A stretch of 64,000 nucleotides of DNA from Octopus sinensis. Taxonomy: Eukaryota. Under the pieces are notes generated by a model. That model saw nothing but the letters and a program-made list of their open reading frames with translations. It did no database searches and was not told the origin of the DNA. This document shows positions 53,216-64,000 of the stretch, one piece after another; the stretch's first letter is position 1, and each line of letters opens with the position of its first letter. Where the stretch lies: assembly GCF_006345805.1 (NCBI RefSeq), contig NC_042997.1, forward strand, positions 63,178,001 to 63,242,000, given 5' to 3'. Both the position numbers and the translations under genes were made by a program.

Positions 53216-53474
53216 ACCTTTCCTTGTTTCAGTCATTTGACTTCAGACATGCTGGGGCGCCGCCTTAAATGATTTTTGTCGAACAAGTCAACCTTCAGGA
53301 CTTCTTTTCTGTATGTTATATATATTTGTAAGTCCTGTTGTTTTTGTTATGTATTTGTCTGAATATCTTTTTATCATACTTAAAGCCTGCTATTTATGCT
53401 ATAATTTCTCTTTTGCCGAACCGCTAAGATACGGGGACGTAAACGCACAAATGCTGGTTATCAAGCGGTTCTGG

Positions 53475-53549
<75 letters not shown>

Positions 53550-53744
53550 ACGAACACACACACACACACACACACACATACGATGAGCGTCTTTCAGTTT
53601 CCGTCAATCAAATCCACTCACAAGGTTTGGTCGGCCTGAGGCTATAGTAGAAGACACTTGCCCAAGGTATCATGCAGTTAGAATGAACCTGGAACCATGT
53701 TGCTGGGATGCAAGCTTCTTACCACACAGACACACCAGCTCCTT
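53216..53744 (-). mobile_element. SINE family S1
   Basis: tttcagtcatttgac..ccgccttaa, ctcttttgccgaaccgctaagatacggggacgtaaac, (CA)n, ctatagtagaagacacttgcccaagg..cttaccacacag. Confidence 0.8.
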
Positions 53745-53869
53745 GTAAGTAGAAGAGTTAATTTTTGAATTGTGTTAATGATCTGAACCTTGGAGCGCGG
53801 GTATATTTTCCTTCATATATTTTATAATTTCAACTGTCGTTGTTTTATTTTTCTCTCATGCTCTATATT

Positions 53870-55150
53870 CTGCTTATTTTAACTTCGACATCTATGTATC
53901 TCCACTTCTTTTTAGGCGGTGTTTGGTCAACAGTAATCGTGATACCTATTAGATTATAGGTAACATTTTCCATTAAATCTGGACAATTTACCTCGACCTT
54001 CTTGCCAGTTTGATTATACTTGTGTCAAATTTTTTCTGAACTATGTGTGGCACATGGGTTTACATTTGGCCATTTCCTGTTGAAGTGAGGATATGTTATC
54101 TTGTGGACACTTTGCCGATTTAATCGCATCTTCCAAAACATCGGGATGCTGGAGACATTACGGTCACCCTTCTCCTTATAATACTTACAGAATTTGAACT
54201 TGATGTTAGTAGGTTCATTATAGTTTTGACGGTGTTTACATCCGGGTATTTATCTTGTGTCGCTAAAATACGATCAGTTTCTATACTGTCATATCATTGG
54301 CTGATATACTTCGTTCATTTTCATTTATGCTGATGTTACCAGTATCCAAGAGTGTGTAATGCTATCAAATATTTTTCGATTGTGAAGCCATGTCAGGCTA
54401 TGAGTCTTAGTCTTGTTTCTATCTTCAGTAATCGTTCAGTCAATTACTAGCTGTTCTTTATAACCTTACATGGCATTCCGTCATGTTTCCTGTTCTTCTG
54501 CTAATAGATTATTGCTATCTAGATGTTGAACCAGCCTGTTGTACACTATGGATGTAAGGGCTATATTTGTGATTGTCAAGTATGACAGCTGGCATATAAT
54601 TTTGTGCGACTCTAGTATCATTGTTTTGAAAATTAAGTGGTTTTCGCCTTGAAGAGACGAACATTGAGCCTGTTTGCTTATTAGCTCATTAAATGTCACT
54701 GATATATTCAATAAGCATAGTTCAGATGCTTCTGCCAGAAATCGGTAAACATGTGAATCACAGGTGCTTTCCAATCGCAGGTAGCTCTCAGTTTATTGGT
54801 GAGTTCTGGGAGGCGTTGCTTTTGTAGCTGATAATTTTTCTCTTGTACAGTTAGAGCTTTTGCCTTGTTTTTAATGTATGTCCTCTCTTAATAATTTTGA
54901 GAAATTGAAATATGAGCAATACCTAGTTCGCCATTTAACTTATTTTAACCTTTGTCCCCCTATCAAGACTTTTCTCCATTGTTTTCGACTCTGGGCCATC
55001 ATTTCAGCTTCTTTCGACTCTGGGCTATCATTTCTGCTTCGTTCCAGTTGAATCCTTGTTTTTCAGTACTGCCTCAGTATCTCGCCTCCGGCTATTTTTA
55101 GGGCACCGACTCTTTTGCCTCCGTTTTAAGATCCCCGTAAAAGCATGATG
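53870..55150 (-). mobile_element. Old, deleted R4/Dong-type LINE
   Basis: ICQLSYLTITNIALTSIVYNRLVQHLDSNNLLAEEQ (RT domain 1-2), with a knuckle-like remnant near 54100. Confidence 0.6.
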
Positions 55151-55829
55151 TGTAGTGTACAGTGTCGGTTTCCTTAAAGTGTGACCAATCCATCCTTTCG
55201 TTGTACCACATCATATGGGAATTTTGAGATGTACGGGCTGATGCAATTGCAACACACTTTAAACATTTCAAATGATGATTAACAACATTAACAACAACTA
55301 CAACAACGACGAGATATGCAGCAGTAGCAGAAGCAATAAAGATTTCAAATTTTGGAACAAGGTTAGCAATTTCAAGGGAAGGGAGTAAATCGATTAAATG
55401 GACCCCAGTGCTCAAATAGTACGGATTTTATTAACCTGTTGTTAAGTATTTTCTACAGCGTGCCAACGATTCTGTCACTTAGCTGCTTTACTACTGCTGC
55501 TGCTGCTACTACTACAACTGAGCAAAAATTACTTAAAATACTATTGAAAGCGTGTGGATACCTAAGGTTACTGGCAGTAACCCGCTACCCACATAAATTC
55601 TATGAACGAACCTGGGACAAATTGACCTGCCGCTAAGTAATTTGACCGGCGTGCCTACGATTCTGCCAGTTTGCTTGTTTACTACTACTGCTACTACTAC
55701 TACTACTACTACTACACTACTACTACTACCAAGCAAAGAATAAGAGAACGGTTAAAAGGCTATTGAAAGTGTGAGCTAAAAAACTATTGAGAGCGTGTGG
55801 ATACTTAAGATTACTGGCTGTAACTGGCT

Positions 55830-56708
55830 AGGTATTAACACTTTAGCCGTCTCAGTTATAAGTTACGGCTACAATATCCTTAACTGGACACTACATGAAC
55901 TAAGTAAAATAGATAGGAAAACAAGAAAAATAATGACAGGATCTAGGATGCACCACCCAAAATCTGACATAGAAAGGCTATATATACAACGTATTGAAGG
56001 TGGTAGAGGCCTTATGCAGTTGGAAAACTATTATAAAAAAAAACGCCATAGGACTGCAAAAATACCTACCTCAGAAAGAAGGAAAACTGATACAAATAGC
56101 CACAAAACACGAGCAAAACAAAAAAATACTGTTTTCAGTATTTAAGGAAGCTGACAAATACAAACAAGAAGTCATACTACCTAACAAATATGAAGAAGAA
56201 GAAGAAACAACAAAAGCTATAAAACAAATGAAATCTAATCTAAAACTAGAACTGCAACGGACCATATTAAAACGATGGCAAGAAAAGCCCCTTCATGGCA
56301 AATATTGGGCTTAACTAAATGCAAAAGAGATAGACCGAGAAAAACCCCAGCAATGGTTGAGAATCTCAGGACTCAAATCTGAGACTGAAGGATTTTTAAT
56401 TGCAGCACAAGACCAAAGCCTCCCCACCAGAAATTACCAAAAACATAATGAAAAGAGACATATCAAGTAACTGCAGAATATGTGGAGATGGACAAGAAAC
56501 AATAAATCATATTATCTCTGGCTGCCCAGTCCTGGCTAAGAAAGAATATATTGACAGACACGACAGAGTTGGTACCTACATAGACTGGAAGCAATGCAAA
56601 CACTATGGAATAACAACAGAAAAAAGATGGCAGACGCCAGAAAAGATCGCAGAAAAGGAGAAAATAAGCATAATCAGGGATATGCTAATACACACAGATA
56701 GAGAAATT
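55830..56708 (+). mobile_element. Internal fragment of the same R4/Dong family as 26992-29050
   Basis: High nucleotide similarity to ~27740-28625. GINTLAVSVISY, SRMHHPKSDIERLYI, CRICGDGQETINHIISGCPVLAKKEYIDRHDRVG. Confidence 0.9.
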
Positions 56709-56719
56709 CTACTGGAATC

Positions 56720-56890
56720 ACAAGGCCTTATATTTAGGGGAAGGGATTAAGTCGATTACATCAAGTCCAGTGCGTAACTGGTACTTATTTAATCGACCCG
56801 ATAGAATGAAAGCGAAGTCGACCTCGGCAGAATTTGAACGCAGAGCGTATAAACGGACGAAATACCGCTAAGCATTTCGCCAGATTGCTA
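56720..56890 (-). mobile_element. SINE family S3
   Basis: cagtgcgtaactggtacttatttaatcgacccg..gtcgacctcggcagaatttgaac..ataccgctaagcatttcgcc. Confidence 0.75.
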
Positions 56891-58886
56891 CCATAATAAT
56901 AATAATAATAATAATAATATGAACAACAAAAACAAAATACACGTACTTCGCTGATAAGCGCCATTAATTAATATTGATGAATGGAATTCCCTTTATCTCG
57001 AACATATATTTACATTTCTCTAATGAGATTAACAAGTCTGAATGTTGAATAAAAGGATCGTGATATAATGAAAGTACTACTTAAAAGTAAACTTCTCTAG
57101 CACAAGGATAATATTCGATTAGGTTACAGCTGCACATTATTCAATTAACAGTATCAGAGACAGTTCTACTTTATGTTATATATGGTCGGTCAATAAATAG
57201 ATTTCATTTGATTTTCTCATCAAATGATGATACAAGAACGAATATCCGTGTTTAAAGGTGTGTCCAATAATGACGAATCTTCAGTGTTTCTTATCTCAAT
57301 CTCTGTTCCATGAACTTATGTTTCACGTACTAACGAACAAGGTTCTAGAAAACACATTAGAAATAGCAGTAAATCTCCTTCAACTTCCGAGAATTTGGAT
57401 ATTGTAAACCTAGGAATGGAATGTCCAGTAAAAGTGCTTGTTGGTCATGTTTAGAATGGCTTTAATCACAGGCAGCAAAATCATGTGTGACCTGAGGCCA
57501 AACGACAAGTCACCAACAACAATAGAAACATATTTGTTCTCTCCCTTTACCACGTATATTTAAAGTTTCTTGAAGTTTACACATATGTTTACGAGAGTGT
57601 GTGTGCATATATATGTATATAGATGTACATGTATGTGCGCATGTCTATGTATGTATGTATGTATGTATGCATTTGTGAATGTATATAGTTATGCCATTTA
57701 TGTTACATTTTACATCATTTACACACATATATAAATACAATTACTTTCTTCTTCTCTTTATCTCTCTTTCTTTTCTCTCTGTTTTAGATTCTAATCTCCA
57801 TATTTTAAATAAATTTTTAGAATCTACATTTTCTGCTCTTCCTCTACCATCTCCTATTCCTTTTCCCACTCCTCGTTGTCACGTTATCTCTAAAAATTTG
57901 ATGTAGACATTCTGCTTGTAGAAAACGTGCGAAAATTTTAAAATACTTTGTTTTTTATATCACGAGATTGCAGTTTCGATTCCTAAACAGGGCGGTGTGT
58001 TGTGTGCTTGAGCAAAAAACTTCATTTCACGTCGCTTTGAGATCCTGTTCACATCTGATTTGTGGCATACTTTGCACTTGCATAGGCAATATCAATTTGA
58101 TGAAAGGACTTATGTGAAAACAGATATTTGATCACTATAAACAAATCATCTGTGAGATTGTTCAGCGAGAATTTGCGGTCCGAGATCCGTCGGATAACGA
58201 CGGGACAGTCGGGTTTATAAATATCACACACACATACACACGCGCGCGCGCACACACGCACACACGCAGGCACGCACGCACACGCACAATTCTTCAGCAC
58301 GATAGTGTTGACAGTGACTCCGAAGTTTTCGCCTTCTAAGCCATCTTTACCGAAGTCCGATTATGATTTAGCTGGCCGAAACTTTGAAGTCACTATCTTG
58401 CTATAGAGTAAATTTATGCTCAACAAATGTATGGAATTACTTCCCAGTTTAATGTAAACTTGTTTTTATTATAATTGAACATGACAACAAATATATATAC
58501 ATATACATATATGTATATGTCTATATATATATATACATTCACACACACACAAGTAAATACATTGATAAATAAATAGAAAGAGAAACTAACGGACAGACAG
58601 AAAGACAAGCCGACAGAGACAGAGAGACAGATAGATATTAATAGTGACCTTAACGACCATAGATAGGCAGAAACATATATGCACATAGATATTATGTATG
58701 AGTGTATCGTCCTTCTACATTTTCATATCGCTGAACTTCAAGTTGACCTTAGCTAAAATGCCAAGTAACAGCTTTTTGACTTAAAAGGTGTAATCTATAA
58801 AGCCTTGAGATTTATCCGAGTTCATGCGGCGGGGAAGTTAGAGATCGTATACCACATTTATATATGTATATATATATATATTATAT

Positions 58887-58959
<73 letters not shown>

Positions 58960-58998
58960 ATATGTATGTATATGTATATGTATATGCATATATATATA

Positions 58999-59676
58999 TT
59001 TAAATATTTGTTGTGCAAGATTTTTTATGTGAAGTCGTGTGTTGAAACAGATATTGTTATATTTCGGAATAGTCATTTTGCTAGTTAACCAATAAAAACA
59101 CACACGCACTATATATTTGGTGTTACTTTGCTTCAGTGTTATTTATTTTTTACATTAATCTTAATCTTATTTCGGCCAGAGTTCTTTGGTACATTCCTGT
59201 GACCGCATCAGTGGTCCTTTGTTTTCTTCTTACTTATTTGTGTCTCTCCTTATTCTGGACGAGACACATTGTTTTATAAAACGAAGCTGTTGTGTTGTCA
59301 TAGTTTTCTTTAGGCAACAGAATATAGTGTTCTTCAGCTTCTTGCAAGCCTGGCTATAGCTCACGTTAGTACGTTTAAATATTTGTTGTGCAAGATTTTT
59401 ATGTGAAGTCGTGTGTTGAAACTGTGACAACGCAACAGATTCGTTTTATAAAACAATGTGTCTCGTCCAGAATAAGGAGTGAAACAAATAAGTAAGAAGA
59501 AAACAAAGGACCACTGATGCGGTCACAGGAGTGTGACGAAAGAACTCTGGCCGAAATAAGATTAAGATTAATGTAAAAAATAAATAACACTGAAGCAAAG
59601 TAACACCAAATATGTAGTGCGTGTGTGTTTTTATTGGCTAAACTGGCAAAATGACCATTCCGAAATATAACAATAT
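58999..59676 (-). mobile_element. 375-bp unit with partial tandem copy and ~250-bp inverted arm, variant HHR in each arm (PLE pLTR-like)
   Basis: 58999-59048 is repeated at 59374-59422. 59423-59676 is an inverted copy of 59051-59302. HHR-like motifs at 59174-59217 (-) and 59508-59552 (+). Confidence 0.7.
59508..59552 (+). ncRNA. Variant/degenerate type I hammerhead
   Basis: ggaCCA-CUGAUGC-gGUCACaggaguGUGAC-GAAA-GAAC-UC^-UGGcc. The core has A9->C. Confidence 0.45.
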
Positions 59677-59689
59677 ATAACAATCAGCA

Positions 59690-60120
59690 ATGCGCCCAGT
59701 AGAGCACTCAGAAAATTTACCTGCGTCCAAACTTCCAGATGAAGAAGTGCAGAGTTCCAGCAGTGCTGTTGAACATTCCAGTGGTGAATGTGTGCAGCCC
59801 AATGATCCAGAAATCGAGAATAAACTAGTACCATTTTCTCAAGAGGCTCTAAATTATTTGTGCAAGGTTCTCTATTTAACCAAAGAAAAAGTGAGTTTTT
59901 GGCATCAAGGCTTCAAGAACGTAATCTTCTTGAGAAAGGAGTATAGATAATACTGTACAAAAAACGTATAGAGGATCTGCTTGCATTATTCACCATGAAG
60001 GATGACTTATAATTTTGTAAGGACATCCCTGAAATACCATATGATAAACCCAACTGGCGACTTTTCATAGATGCATCCAAGGACAGCATCAAAGCTGTTC
60101 TGCTACACAGTGGTAACACT
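59690..60120 (+). pseudogene. Fragment of a DNA-transposon-type transposase (family not securely named)
   Basis: FSQEALNYLCKVLYLTKEK and DIPEIPYDKPNWRLFIDASKDSIKAVLLHSGN, a motif I recognise from widespread metazoan TE-derived proteins (WRLFIDSSKxSLKAVLLHNGN). Confidence 0.65.
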
Positions 60121-60124
60121 CTGG

Positions 60125-60460
60125 CATTTCAGACAGGGACAAATATTCAAGATCAAATCTAACTTCACTTGCGCCTCCCAAAACCTCATTTACGTAATCA
60201 GATACTCGGGCTGCCATAGAAATTATACTGGCTCAGCATGAAATTCGGTCCAGAAGAGATTCAAGGTTCACAGACAACAAATCTCTTCCAAACAATATCG
60301 CCAAATATACCACATTGACGAATGTGCAGAACAATCACCACTACAATTTGAAATTTTCCCATTTTATCAACTTGCCTTCTGGACCTCAACACAAGTAAGA
60401 CTGAATAAAGAAGTCGCATTTATCCAGAATTATAAACCAGCATTAATTATGAGAGCATAT
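60125..60460 (+). mobile_element. PLE GIY-YIG endonuclease remnant
   Basis: KIKSNFTCASQNLIYVIRYSGCHRNYTG..RFKVHRQQI..RLNKEVAFIQNYKPALN. Confidence 0.75.
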
Positions 60461-61119
60461 TAAAAATAAAGGGCTTAGCTTATCTAATGGAAACTATAAG
60501 CTAGATAAAAGCAGAGAACAAAAATTTACCTCCCGTTTACTGCAAAATAAATGAGTGAAAAATTATTTCCCCTAGAAGCCTTGAATCACATTGTAGGTGT
60601 TACTAAGATTGGTCTCTAGCAAATGGTTGAAACCCATTTTACAATGCGGTAGAGAAGTGTATTTAATAATCATAACAAAAAGGGTATTCAGTGACAATTC
60701 TGTGGAAACCAAGCCTAATTCAACAAAAAGAAGGCCAGACTTGGATTTCTCATGTCATTTTACATATAAAAATGGTTATAGATCTCTTGTACTTTTTTGA
60801 GTGTTGCACAGTAGTATTAGCAAATTCTAGAATAGAGAATGAAGAGCGGTTTCTTGCAGCTGTTTCATCTTGTTTCATGTTATTTCCATCTTTTCAGTGT
60901 AATGTAGTAATCCGTAGATAGAATTACGGTACTTAGGTAAGCCTCTAGACTTTTTCAGAGAGTTTTATATGATAGTACAAGAGTTTCATTGGGTTAATTA
61001 TGCATATATATATATATATTATGCATATATATAATATATATGAGTATATATATATGTAAATATATATATAATATATATATATATAATATATATATACGTA
61101 TATATATATATATATATAT

Positions 61120-61251
61120 ATTTATTATATAGAAGGAGCTTCTACAGGACTAGAACTGTTTCATTCAAGAGAAATCTTCAGGAAGCTTCCTGAAGATTTC
61201 TCTTGAATGAAACAGTTCTAGTCCTGTAGAAGCTCCTTCTATATAATAAAT
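61120..61251. repeat. Perfect 132-bp palindrome without a spacer (centre 61185/61186)
   Basis: tttattatatagaaggagct...cttcaggaag|cttcctgaag...agctccttctatataataaa, checked arm against arm. Confidence 0.95.
61184..61234 (+). ncRNA. Type I hammerhead ribozyme motif (mirror copy on minus strand at 61137-61187)
   Basis: AGCUUC-CUGAAGA-uUUCucuuGAAu-GAAA-CAGuucuagucCUG-UA^(61228)-GAAGCU. Stem I 6 bp, stem II 3 bp with a U.U closing pair, stem III 4 bp. Confidence 0.8.
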
Positions 61252-61317
61252 TAATTTTACTCTGCTATGTATTGAGTACCTATTTACTGTGGTTAACCCG
61301 AATCAACCCGGGACCTA

Positions 61318-61328
61318 CATATATATAT

Positions 61329-61416
<88 letters not shown>

Positions 61417-61430
61417 TATAAGTATATATA
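61318..61430. repeat. (TA)n microsatellite
   Basis: Direct reading. Confidence 0.95.
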
Positions 61431-61954
61431 TAAAAATATACTTAATCATATCGAAGGGAAATGGAATTTAATAGAAATTTTCAACTTCCAGTGGATTAGT
61501 GTGTAAAAATTTAGTCCAAAGACTATGTATTACTTACAAAATACCAGTTTACATTTAAGCACATAAGGAATCCACTCGTGGGATTCCTTACGCTAGAAAG
61601 AACAGCTAGGTTCCTTCGATATGATTAAGTATTGTAAGTTTTTGGATAACTTTCGAATTTTAAAAGTTGGCATTTTTATTGCCGCGAGGAGGCATATAAT
61701 AGATTACATCGTGTTTTTTATATTTAATCTAAGGTGTATTCAACTAGCGAATATTATTTTATTTGGTAAACCAAAATCAGAAACCAATTGGTCCAGGAAA
61801 CTAGATGGTAAAAGTTTTTACGTTTTCATTTCGTTCCTTTCAATAGTGTAGGTTGTACAACTGCTTGCTACACCTTCAGCTTGGTGGCCAGCGTAGTGCC
61901 TCTCCTCTTTCAGACTCATTTACGTAGCCAATCAAATGCTGAGCTTTTATTTAC

Positions 61955-62325
61955 GACGCGCGTGTGACGTCGTCGCCGGTGTTCACAGATCTGGAGAGTG
62001 ATCTGCTGAGATACGTGAACTCATTAACAACTTTTAAGGTTTCTCCTCTGGCTGTGATTGTTGGCTCTACATACTTCTTATGTAGTGCAGATAGTGCATG
62101 ACCTTTGTCTTCTGAGTACTGATTTTGAGGCCAATGTTGTTCCAGGCATTGGAAACATTGTTCATGCTGTATCTGTGCCTCTGTGGCGGAGTTGAATGTG
62201 CAGTCGTCTGCGAATAGGAAGTCGTATAATGAGTCCTCTTCCACTTTGGTCTTGCCCTGTAGTCTTCGCAGGGCGAAGAATCTGTCATCAATCCTGAATC
62301 TGACTTTTACTTTGGTTGCGTCGGA
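61955..62325 (-). mobile_element. RTE-clade LINE fragment (RT domains 5-7)
   Basis: VRFRIDDRFFALRRLQGKTKVEEDSLYDFLFADDC and EPTITARGETLKVVNEFTYLSRSLSR. Confidence 0.85.
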
Positions 62326-64000
62326 ATGCATGTATATGCACACAAATATATGCTGAAAATGCGCACACACGCACACAGATACACACACATACACACACTC
62401 TCGCACACACAAGCACACACGCTCGCCTACACAAGCACACACATATACGCAGACACATACAGACATACACGCACACAATAGAAACACACACACATATACA
62501 GCAATCTATTTACATCGCTACATTTCCACAGTATCATACATAAACTTTGAAATATTAAACAATAAATTTGAATAACTTATATTTCCATCGATGTGATCGC
62601 AAACGTGAAATCGTCTGGTGCTAAAGTCAAATGTAGTGAGTTTATGACGAGGGCCAGGCATTTAGAGAAAGATATTTTAGTTTAAGTCTTTTGTCAAGTC
62701 CTTTAGGCAAAATAAGAGGTTTATATCTTTCAGTACCAGACTGACACATGTCAAAAGGTTTTATTTTAGATGAAACCTGTATGTGAGTATATACGGAAAC
62801 GCAACACATTTTATTCTGCGCAATTGTCTCATTAATTAGTGTAGTCAATAAAAGTATTGTTTAATTGCGCTGGTTCTTTCTGTTGTTACTTCACGTTTCA
62901 AGCTCATATACATTTATTCCTGCGTTAAAGTACGCCCATGATTGAGAAACTCTAGTTGTGTCGAAGTAAATAATCAATTTGAAGCACAGAGAGACACATA
63001 GAGATACATACACACATTTCACACAAAAATATACTTATAGATACATGATGTAAGATGCATGTACTTAACGCTAGATCTTTTTAGTTATAAGTAGATATCG
63101 TGCTTACATCTGAGAATCCCCAGATGCGTATTGAAATTTACTCATTCTCATCGAGTTCTAAGTGCAAAGAGTAGGCATTTGTTCATTATATTCAATAAAC
63201 TTTCGACATGTCGTGCTATAAATGATTTACATATAATCTGGAACTTTGGAATTATTACAAAATTAAAGGCTTCACAGTGTTAATGCATTTAAAATTTGCA
63301 TGTCATTAGCGATATCCTTTCACTAGCTACTCGTTGAAAATATATGAAGATTAGTATTGAATTCCCATCTCACAGAGTAGCTAAAATTTGTTTTTTATAA
63401 CTACGTGGAATTGCTTTCTAAACAACTTAAAACCAATTCAACAGATATATTTCCTAATATGCACGAGGCGGCTCATGCAAGAAATAGAACGTCAAATTTA
63501 AACTGATTCGTTCAATGATATAATTGAACAAAGAGATAAAATTCAATCATTTATAAATATGATCGTCATAGTGTATCATGATTAATTGATTTCTTGTCTA
63601 AAAATATATATTTATTTCACAATGTATCAACTATGCATTTCACACACCTTAGGGTTTCTTATTACTACTATGTAGTAGGTTTAACAAAGACATATGGAAA
63701 TCATAATATTTAAGTGAAACATACAATTGTTAAAAAACGAAAAATGCAAAACACAATACACTCAATTGGCTCTATTTTCTTGTTCCATTAATTAATTTCA
63801 TGCGATCAGGCATTTCATATATGTGCAAGGAAGCTCTGTTAATCATTTTATATACTAACAGTTTTATATTCAATTTTATATATCAATCTCTCTTTTGTTG
63901 AGGAATGCCATGTTTGAAACTATTTTTTATTGAGATATGTCAAGTTTATTGAGGCAACATGACTTACAGAAAATGCCAATTATATCTTTTGATAGATATT

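Overview
This is AT-rich eukaryotic DNA dense in microsatellites and transposons, with no host exon I can support. It is either a large intron or intergenic. The SINE families, microsatellite load and LINE types fit a coleoid cephalopod, most likely Octopus (inference from repeat content). Contents: two dead Tc1/mariner copies, CR1/L2-group LINE fragments, several R4/Dong-type (RLE) LINEs sitting in microsatellites, one RTE fragment, Penelope-like element (PLE) remnants, many tRNA-derived SINEs and dozens of simple repeats. The main signal is a cluster of type I hammerhead ribozyme (HHR) motifs read directly from the sequence. Four are in a ~465-bp tandem-plus-inverted array at 35.4-37.2 kb that resembles a non-LTR retrozyme and has an unusual ~50-nt stem II insertion. 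Two are in the 1-kb inverted arms of a Neptune-type PLE. One is in a 354-bp unit at 31.2-31.8 kb. Two lie back-to-back in a perfect 132-bp palindrome at 61.1 kb, and several degenerate ones are scattered. Unrelated HHR units repeat one layout: 3' end in (TA)n, partial tandem copy, inverted copy. Almost all ORFs in the supplied track are microsatellite read-throughs or TE fragments. All alignments and folds were done by eye, and no database search was run.
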